Assembly (NCBI RefSeq): GCF_009914755.1 | Contig: NC_060943.1 | Strand: one strand, 5' to 3' | Source of the DNA: the human T2T-CHM13v2.0 reference genome, Homo sapiens | DNA length: 64,000 nt | Part shown: in pieces, positions 34,272-64,000 of the stretch | Numbering within the stretch: position 1 is the stretch's first letter | Layout of the letters: the number at the start of each line of letters is the position of its first letter | Program-made: the position numbers and the translations under genes | Notes under the pieces: model-generated | Told to the model about the DNA's origin: nothing | The model's input: only the letters and a program-made list of their open reading frames with translations | Database searches by the model: none

Positions 34272-34310
34272 CGGCGCAGAGTCGACTCAGGCAGCGGCGG
34301 CGGACAGCGC
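34272..34310 (-). other. ISYNA1: ISYNA1 non-coding exon 1 (5' end approximate)
   Basis: Minus-strand donor CCG|GTGAGT at 34272/34271, with GC boxes just upstream. Confidence 0.75.
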
Positions 34311-35482
34311 GGGCTCTCGGGCGCGCGACCTCCGGAGAAAAGCGCTGCGGCCCCTCCCCCGCCCCGCCCCCTTCCCCGCCTCTCCCGCGCTGGGAGGGAG
34401 GGGCCCAACGTCTGGAGACCCGGTTCGAGGCCCGACAACCCAGAGCCACCGTGGCCATCGGGTCCCCGCCTGGCGGAAGTGGCCAGGCGTCCACGAGCGC
34501 GGCGCGTATAGGTTCACCTCGCTCGCTCCGCAGCCCCCAGGGGCTCATGGCTGCCTATCCCCCCTTTACAAGAGGACAATGAGGCTACACATGAGCCCAG
34601 CCACAAGCCAGGGGGTGGAGCTGGGCAGGGAAGCTGGGCCTCCGGGGGGGTAGGTAGGGGGTCTGGGTCAGAGACACTGCAGGGGAAACAGGCAGAGGAC
34701 CAGAACTCCAAAGCCAGAATCTCCTCGGAGCCACACTGCCACCTACTCCCCCTTCGTGGGCAGCAGCACCTACCAGGCAGTCCCATCCCCTGGCTCCCCA
34801 TGTCCGCCCCCATCCATCTCGGGGGACAAAGTCACTCTGTCCCCACGGGGCTCACAAGGATGGGGCCTGTTTGGCCTGTTTCCCCACCTGCAGCAGGAGG
34901 GCTTGGCAGGAGTGGGCCGGAGCGGGAGGCTGTTCGCTGGAAAGGGGAGGGGACGCACAGGCGGGCAGGGCCGAGGCAGGGGAGGAATGAGGCCTGCACT
35001 GCAGGGCGCCCCCCTCATGCGCGCTGATAAGGGAGCGTGGGAACCCAGCGGGCAGGCCGGGGCAGCTCCCCCAGGAACTTTCCAAAACAAGCGCCTGGAG
35101 GCCGGAAAGTTTCCACCACTGGAGCTGGCCCAAAAGGTGGATAGTTGGGAACGTTTGCAAGAGACAGGGCCTGACCTTGGAGGATGAGGGCTTAAGACTC
35201 TGGGTCCAGGCCTCACCCTGAAGGGGCCCCAGTCTGAGGGAGTTGGAAGTGGACTGGGACACCCCCGCCCCAGTGGGTGGGAACTCACAGGCAGGGCCCC
35301 TGCAAGACAGGCTCCCCAGATGAGGGGGCTGCTGGCAAGGGTTTTGAGACATGAAGAGGAGTTCACTGAAAGAAAACTACAGGCCAAGCCACCTGAGCCA
35401 CCCAGACAGGGCAGATGAAAAATTGGCTACGTGGGAGGCAGTTTGGGGTCTTGGGCAGACCCTGAGGGCTGGGGATAGGGAG

Positions 35483-36680
35483 TGTGAAAGAGTATTTGGT
35501 GTTTGTTCCTGGTTCTTGGTTAGACATTGAGCTCAATCACCAGTGGCCAACGATTTAATCAATCACATATATGCAAATGAGACAGTTGGGGCTCAGAACA
35601 CAGAAACTCCCCTCAGCCTCAAGTTATGGGGCCTTGGCCTGCCCCGCGCTTTGAGCAGGGCATCGGAAAGCTCAGAATCGAGTCTCTCCGACCTTCTCCT
35701 GCCCTCCTGCCTCTAGCCCCTTTCTCCCCTGGAAACCATAGAAACCAGAATTCCTCTTCCCCAAGGCAGGTCAGAGACACTGGAGCCCTTCTCCCCTTAA
35801 AACAAAAAAAAAGCCACAAAGCCGGCAAAGGTCACTCTCTGCCTGCTCCCTTGAAGACCCTCATTCCGGGAGGGTCCTGCCCATACCCTGGAGGAAGGAA
35901 TGCTACCCAGAGTCTAGGAAGTCTGGGCAGGCTGGCCCCCCTCCCCCACCCAGTCTGCTCCCTTTAAGATCTACAGTGTTTCAACACATTGATACACATT
36001 CTTCATAGAACCTAAGCCGAAAAATAGGCAGTCAGCCAGGCACGGTGGCTCATGCCTGTAATCCTAGCACTTTGGGAGGTCAAAGCGGGCGCATCGCTTG
36101 AGCCCAGGAGTTTGAGACCAGCCTGGGCAACACGGGGAAACCCCGTCTCAATACAAACAAACAAACAAAAAATAGCCGGGCTTGGTGGCGCACACCTGTA
36201 GTCCAGCTGCGTGGGAGGCTGAGGTGGGAGGATCACCTAAGCTCAGGAGGTGTAGGCTGCAGTGAGCCATGATTGTACCACTGCACTCCAGCCTGGGCAA
36301 CAGAGTAATACCCTGTCTCAAAAAAAAAATGGGGTTTAGGGGAAAATATGGAGGGGCTGGGAGGGTGGCATGCCTGGAAAAGGCATGGAAGCTTCACGGC
36401 CCGCCCATACCTTGCCCTGTGCGCCTCCTCCATTTGGCTGTGAGCATTTTCCGGAGTTCTGTGAGCTGTTCCAGCAATTATCAAACCTGAAGTGGGGTCA
36501 TGGGAACTCGCAATTTATTAGCCTGCTTGCCAGAAGTATAGGTGGCATCTGACACAGGTGCAGCCCTGTGGGACTGACCCCCATAACTTGTGGAGTCCGA
36601 TACCATCTCTGGGAATGGAACTGTTGGACATCCTGTAGGTACTGGAGGATCAGAGAATCGGGGAGTTTGTGCCTCGAGGC
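35483..36680 (+). mobile_element. Nested LTRs: MER21-like LTR interrupted by a MER39/LTR29-like LTR (~35585-36030) and an AluJ (36035-36329)
   Basis: ttgagctcaatcaccagtggccaacgatttaatcaatca (MER21-like); gttggggctcagaa...gaccttctcctgccctcctg...catagaaaccagaattcctcttccccaaggc (MER39 group); the MER21-like sequence resumes after the Alu. Confidence 0.7.
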
Positions 36681-38156
36681 GACACGTGATTCAGGAACCT
36701 GTGTAGTTGAGAGACATGAGGAAGGTCCCAAGACCCAGCCCCGGGGAGCCTGTGTTCACAGGGCCACCTGTAGAGGGTGCCGGAGGATGGGAGCTGGCAC
36801 AGGGCAGCTGGAGGGAATCGGCATAGAGGCTGGGCTGCTTCCACTCCCAGCAGTTGACAAGGCCGAAGGAGGGGGTTTGGCCCCTACAGTCAGGCCTGGG
36901 TGTGCTGAAGTCGGTGGTGAGATGCACTGTTATTCCCCAGCAAAGTGTGGGCTCCCTGAAGGCAGGGATGAGGCTGAGTCACTGCTGTGTTGCAGAGCCC
37001 AGGTGGAGCTTGGTACAGGAGGGGGCTGCAGGAACAGGGGTGCCCGTTGAAAGAGGACAATTGGGGCCCCTGGCAGGTGGCAGGAGAGGGTTTAACAGCT
37101 CTGAGCCCCTCTCTACCAGGGTGCCCAGGTCATGAGGGTGGGAAGGCTCTCCTGAATATCCGGGGCACTAGACTGATGGCATCCATGGCTCAGGAAGGTC
37201 AGGGGACTGACTGTGGCCTCTGCAGGCTGCGGGGGTGATGGCCAGAGTATTGCTGGGCAGTTGGCTTAGGGCTGGCGTTGGAGGGCCGGGGGAGGCAGGA
37301 CCGTGAGCTGCAGGAGGTTGGTGTTGGCCCTGGGATGTTGGGACAGAGATGTTATCCTGGGAGAACAGCGTGGCCAGGCTATGCTGGGAGCAGGGTACAC
37401 GCTGCCCCACTGGGCTGCATGACTTCCCCTCCCGCGCCCCTCAGATTCCTGGGTGGCCTTAGAACTTGGGCCAAGGCCACGGACGGGCAGGGAGGCCAGG
37501 CCCCCCCCACAGCTGCAGGCCCAGGACCTTTGCCCACGGTCCTATTCTTCGGTGTTATCGCTTACTAAATGCACCCCTTCTTGTCCTTGGCTGGCAGGTT
37601 GAGTGTTATGTTCTCCATGGCCCCTGGCTCGTTCCACCTGCACCACCGCCGCTCCCGTCAGGCCTTTTCCCCATCCCCACTAGTGGCACAGGGGATGCCC
37701 CTGCCCCAGTGTGGGAAGAACAGGTAATATTACCGTTACCTGCTGCTGCTTTCATCAGAGGGAGACAGTCACAGCTGGTTTCCCCCACCCCCAGCCCCAC
37801 TCCTGTAGCCTTTGGTGCCACAGGGGGCCAAGGAATCCCAATGCTGGGTTCAGCCCACCCTATCCACACCAGAGGGTACTGCTGTGCTCACACACCTGCT
37901 ATGGCTCCCTATCCCTCCGCCCTGACCCAGCCTGCCCCCACCCCCGCGCTCCCCGTCACCTACAGGGCCCTCTGATTTGGTCCTTTCTCAGGCAACGGCT
38001 CAGGTAGGCTGCAAACTCTGCCTTCTTATCTGGTCCCAGCCAGAGCCCCTGAACAACCCTTTCTCATCATTATGGCGGCCCCAGGTCACATCACCTCCTG
38101 ATGCCAGCCCACCCCCAACCACAGGACAGGGACAGCCACCACAGAAACCAGGCTGT

Positions 38157-40001
38157 GACACACCCACACACTACACACACACCCACACCCCAACACACAC
38201 CACACACCCAACACACACACCCCCAACACACACCACACCCTCACACCACACACACACCTACACACCCCAACACACACCACACACCACCCAACACACACCA
38301 CACCCTCACACCCCAACACACACCACACATCCGGTCAACACACACCAACACACACCACACCCTAACACATACCACACCCACACCACACACCCACACACAC
38401 CACACCCACCCCAACACACACCACACACCCCACACTGCACACCCCAACACACCACACCCTCACACCACACACCAACACACACCACACCCACACAACACAT
38501 AACAAACCACACCCACACCCAACACACATACCACATCCACACATCCCAACACACCACACACCCACACCAACACACCCCAACACACACCACACCCACACAC
38601 CCCAACACACACCCACCCTCAACACATCCCCAACACACCACACACACCCCACACCACACACCCCAACACACACCACACCCTCATACCACACACCCAGATA
38701 CACCACATCCACACACCACACCCCAACACACACCCACATCCCAACACATACCACATCCCAACAAACACCACATCCTCACCACACACATCCCCAACACACA
38801 CCACACACCCCACACCCCAACACACACCACACACCCTCACACCTACACACCCACCACACACCTACACAAACCCCACCCCCACAATCACACCACACCCACA
38901 CCCCAACACACACCACACCCACACCAAACACCCCAACACACCAAACACCCCAACACACACACCACACACCCACTCCACACACCCCAACACACCCCACACC
39001 CCCACTGTCACACCACACCCACACACCCCAAAACACACCACTGCTCCAACACATACACCACACCCACACTTACACACCTACACACCCCAACACACACCAC
39101 ACACACTCCACACCACACGCACCCAACACACCACACACCCACTTACCCCAACACACACCACACCCCAACACACACCACACACCACACGCACCCAACACAC
39201 ACACCTACACCCTCATACCACACACCCAGATACACCACACCGACACCAACACACCACACCCCCACACCACACCCACACCCCAACACACCACACACCCAAC
39301 ACTGCACACCCCAACACACACCACACCCACACCCTCATACCACCCAGATACAGCACACACCCACACCCCAACACACCCAAACCCCAACACACACCACACC
39401 CACACCCCACCACATACCACACACACACCCAACACACACCACATACCCAACACCCTAGCACACACTGCATATAATACACCCACACCCTAACACACACCAC
39501 CACACCCACACCCTCACACGCCCATATACACCACACCCACACCACACCCACCCTAACACACACACGTCCAGATACACCACACCCACACATGAACACACCC
39601 ACACAAACCCACACCCTAACACACCACACCCCCAGATACACCACACCCACACACCACACATCCACACCCTAACACACACGTCCAGATACACCACCCACAC
39701 CAACACACCCACACAACACACACCCACACCCTAACACCCCCACAGATAAACCACACACCAACACACAACCCACACCCTAACACCACACCCACACCCCCAC
39801 AGATACCCCACACCCACACAACACACCCACACATACAACACACACACCCTAACACATCACACACACTACACACCCACACACAACATCCAACACACACCGA
39901 CACAGATATACTACACACCCACACACCCCAACACACACCACACACACATACACACCATACACCACACACACAGATACACCAACACCCACACACCACACAC
40001 A
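38157..40001. repeat. ~1.85 kb CA-rich complex tandem repeat (CACACCCCAACACACAC-type units)
   Basis: + strand is almost entirely C/A. Confidence 0.97.
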
Positions 40002-40024
40002 CCAGCCAGGCAGCCTGGGCTGCC

Positions 40025-42116
40025 AGGTTCAGTTCAGTGAAATTTATTGGAGAATGAAAAAAGTCAGCATTCACCTGTTTAGTGTACAAAAAGGACACTA
40101 GATCTTTTAAGAAAATATCAGGAAACTGAAGACGCAGATAGATGCCTTTCAATTGTAACATTTTGGCAAAAGTGGAAAGTTCTTGTAAACACCAACCCCA
40201 TGGCTCAAAATAGTTTTTCTCCACAGTACAACATTAAAAGAAAAAAAAATAGTATCAATAAGTTAGACCATATTTAATCAGCTAGAACTTTGTCCACCAA
40301 CCCCCAAAACACAAAACTTTTCTTAGCTTCATAATTCCTTAAAAGGAGAACAAATAAACAACAAAAACAACAACAACAACAAAAAGGCAAATTCAACTGA
40401 CAGCCCCTTGGACTGGTTCCCAGGGCAGAGGGGCGGGCAGTCCCGGGCTGGGACCTCCTGAAATCATCCCACCTCACCGGTGTCTGCAGGGCTGCCTGCG
40501 GGCGACACAGCAAGGTCCAGCTGACTCTGGAGGCCTCCTGGAGCCTGCTCGGCCCTTCCCCGGCCCGGCCCGGCCCAAAGAGAAAAACAACAACAGCTAT
40601 TGAAACATGAAGGATCAGTTTCCTCGGAGCTCTGGGAACCCGGGGGTCCCAAAGGAGAGAGACTCTCGGGCAGGGGTGGGATACACTGTGGGCCCTCCAC
40701 AGTCAGCTCTTTGGAAGCTGTCAGGAGGCACCCCTCCACCCCCCAGTTTAGAAAAATAGACATCTGTATTTTTGCATTTCTGTTCTCCCTGCCTGACTGC
40801 TGATGGCAGCAGTGACCCCCATGTGATCCCTGGGCCCTGAGTCACAGCCGCCATCCACCCCCCACCACCTTTCCAAGTCATGGCTTCATTCAGCCCTAAA
40901 TGGGAACACACGCCTCAGACCCCACCATGCCCTGGGGGGTCCCCACATACGCACACTCACACACCCACACTTGCGTGGCCCCCCGATGCTTTGGGGGACA
41001 CTAGACTAGGCACAGCAACAGAGCAGCAATTGGGGTGTCTGCAGAGCCTGCACCCCCAGAGCAGGCAGACCCATCCTCCTGGCTCCCCAGCTCTGCCCAT
41101 GGGTCCCTGGGGCCTCCCTGACCCCATGGCGCCCAGCCCTCCATCAGCCCCTCCCTGAGTGCAAACCTTGGCGGTGGCTCTGCTAAGACGACCCCAGGAC
41201 CCACAAGTGGACAGAGGGACGGAGGGAGGCCAGCAGCATCGAGACCACAAGGTCTCAACAGTGTGGAATGAGCAGCAGCAGCAACAAATGGGAAACCGAG
41301 GACATCGCAAAGAAAAGTCTGACGCCGCTGCGGCCGAGTCTCAACTTGGAGCACAGAAACACAGTGGCCCCCGACAGCTGAGGGCCTGAAATAGCAGGGC
41401 AGGCCTGGGGGCGCTGAAAGCCCTCTGCCCCCTTGGCTCTGAGCAGCTGTCTGGGGGCACCAGCTGGAGTTCTCAAAATAGCCACCTGGGCCACCCTGTT
41501 TGCTTGCTGGAGCAGAGACCCTGCCCAAGGAGGAGAGGCTGGGGAAAGGGGTGCCTAAACGTAGAGCCAGAGACCAGCAGAGGCCACCTGCCCATTCCCC
41601 ACGCCCTCAGAACGCAGCTGCACCTTTCGACGACCTCTGTAATACTGCAGGCAGGACCCAGGGCAGCGGCTAGACCCTGGGTGTCCGAGGAGAGGGAGGC
41701 ACAGGTTTAGAAAAAAGATTTTGCTTCTCTTTTGTACAAAAATAGACTCAAGTCTCATTAGCAGTAGCTAAAAGTGGCTGTCTTTGTATAAAACTAGAAA
41801 AGGCAGGCGCGCCACCCCAAGGGCCTAGGAGTCTTCTGGCGAGACAGGAGGCTGAACCCCGGAGGCTGCAGCCAGGGAGGAGGCAGTGGGCTTCCTGGGG
41901 AGCCCATCATAAGCAGGGACTGCTCAGGAAGCGCAGGGAGGGCCGAGGTGGGCTTGCAGCCACCCGCCAGGGCCAGACGTCTGCAGGGGCTGCCCTGAAA
42001 GCCGGCGGTGCTGGCTCAGATGAGCATCTTCCTCGGGTTTATTTTTTTAAATAAATCCTCTCTCACCGCCTTTTGCTCCCCCGACCCTCCCAGATCCCCG
42101 CCATCGGGGAGGGCGG
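40025..42116 (-). other. ELL: ELL 3'UTR (~2.1 kb; end approximate)
   Basis: Between the stop and the distal AATAAA; U-rich distal part on the sense strand. Confidence 0.8.
40043..40048 (-). terminator. ELL: ELL distal poly(A) signal AATAAA
   Basis: TTTATT on +; UGUA motif upstream; GU-rich array downstream. Confidence 0.85.
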
Positions 42117-63283
<21,167 letters not shown>

Positions 63284-64000
63284 CTGCGTGGAGGGGGAGG
63301 GGGTGTCACTGGGAGGTCCTCGGCAGGACAGGTCCCCAGCCTGCATCTTCCTGCATGAGTCCCCACAGTGCAACCCTCACAACAGGAATGTGCTGGCCCT
63401 TTTCCCTAAAACACACCCCTGCTCTTCAGCCAGTGACGGGACAGGCAGCCCATCCTCAGCAACACACACTGCGTAGAGAGGGGACTCAGGCACCTATGCG
63501 GGTGGGCATGGGGCCAGGGGCCGTTTTCAGCAGCAACAGCACTGCTGTCTGAGGACAGTGCTCAGCACCTGCCCAGATGCAGGGCCCCCACCCCAATCGT
63601 GTGACCCCTGGAAAGTGGTTTGTCTGGACCATGACTCACTTTCCCCACCACCAAATGGACAGACCTGGCCTGCGACACCCTATGAGGTAAAATGCAACAA
63701 GAGGGGCTTGGGCAGCCACGCGCAACTCTGGCGCCCCTCCTTGGCGACCCCCTCTCAGCATCCCCCCACAAAGGACATGGACTCCACGTGAGTCTCCATT
63801 TGCTGCAGCTGTGAATCAGGTAGGCTTGTGTCCCAGGGGCTCACAGATCAGAAGCACTGGCCCCCAACAAGCCTGTCATGGGTCACACCAGCCTGACTTT
63901 GGCTGTGCCCCTGCAGCCCAGCTGGGCAAAGCTCCAGCCCTGTCTGGGAGGACGGACAGCCAGGGGCAGGCAGGCGGATGGACGGACTGCGCTGGTCCCG

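Larger units (their letters stand above)
33300..34560 (-). promoter_or_regulatory. ISYNA1: ISYNA1 CpG-island promoter (no clear TATA; GC boxes, ETS site)
   Basis: CpG-dense; CCCCGCCCC boxes at 34356-34380; GGCGGAAGT at 34472. Confidence 0.8.

Noticed and set aside
37977-39458. 493-aa His/Thr/Pro-rich ORF and the antisense Val/Cys/Gly/Trp ORFs
   Set aside because: These are translations of the CA-rich tandem array, which lacks stops by composition. The ORF starts at TTG and has no domain. It is kept only as a speculative part of the exon-chain finding.

Overview
Primate (almost certainly human) genomic DNA, GC-rich and Alu-dense. The encoded proteins identify it as the SSBP4-ISYNA1-ELL region of chromosome 19p13.11. 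I spliced three genes by hand from GT/AG boundaries and reading frame. SSBP4 (+) has 18 coding exons and 385 aa. ISYNA1 (-) has 10 coding exons plus a non-coding first exon and 558 aa. ELL (-) is partial: coding exons 3-12 (560 aa plus stop) and a ~2.1 kb 3'UTR, with its 5' end beyond the window. The first ~12.6 kb is mostly Alu, L2, MIR and LTR sequence. There are several CpG islands, nested LTRs upstream of ISYNA1, and a ~1.85 kb CA-rich tandem array just past the ELL poly(A) signal. Almost all six-frame ORFs outside these exons are Alu, repeat or GC artefacts. I found no unknown protein family and no prokaryote-type system. The most interesting unexplained structure is regulatory or splicing-level: (i) a well-formed 46/42-nt cassette exon in ELL intron 6 whose two acceptors give either an immediate stop or an in-frame 14-aa insert; (ii) two candidate alternative first exons of SSBP4, one of which would delete the LUFS domain and sits in an RFX-box CpG island; (iii) two 11-codon uORFs in frame with SSBP4; (iv) an overlapping bidirectional poly(A) signal between SSBP4 and ISYNA1; (v) a candidate + strand exon chain between ISYNA1 and ELL. 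All of these are sequence-level predictions that need RNA-seq or conservation checks, and some may already be annotated.
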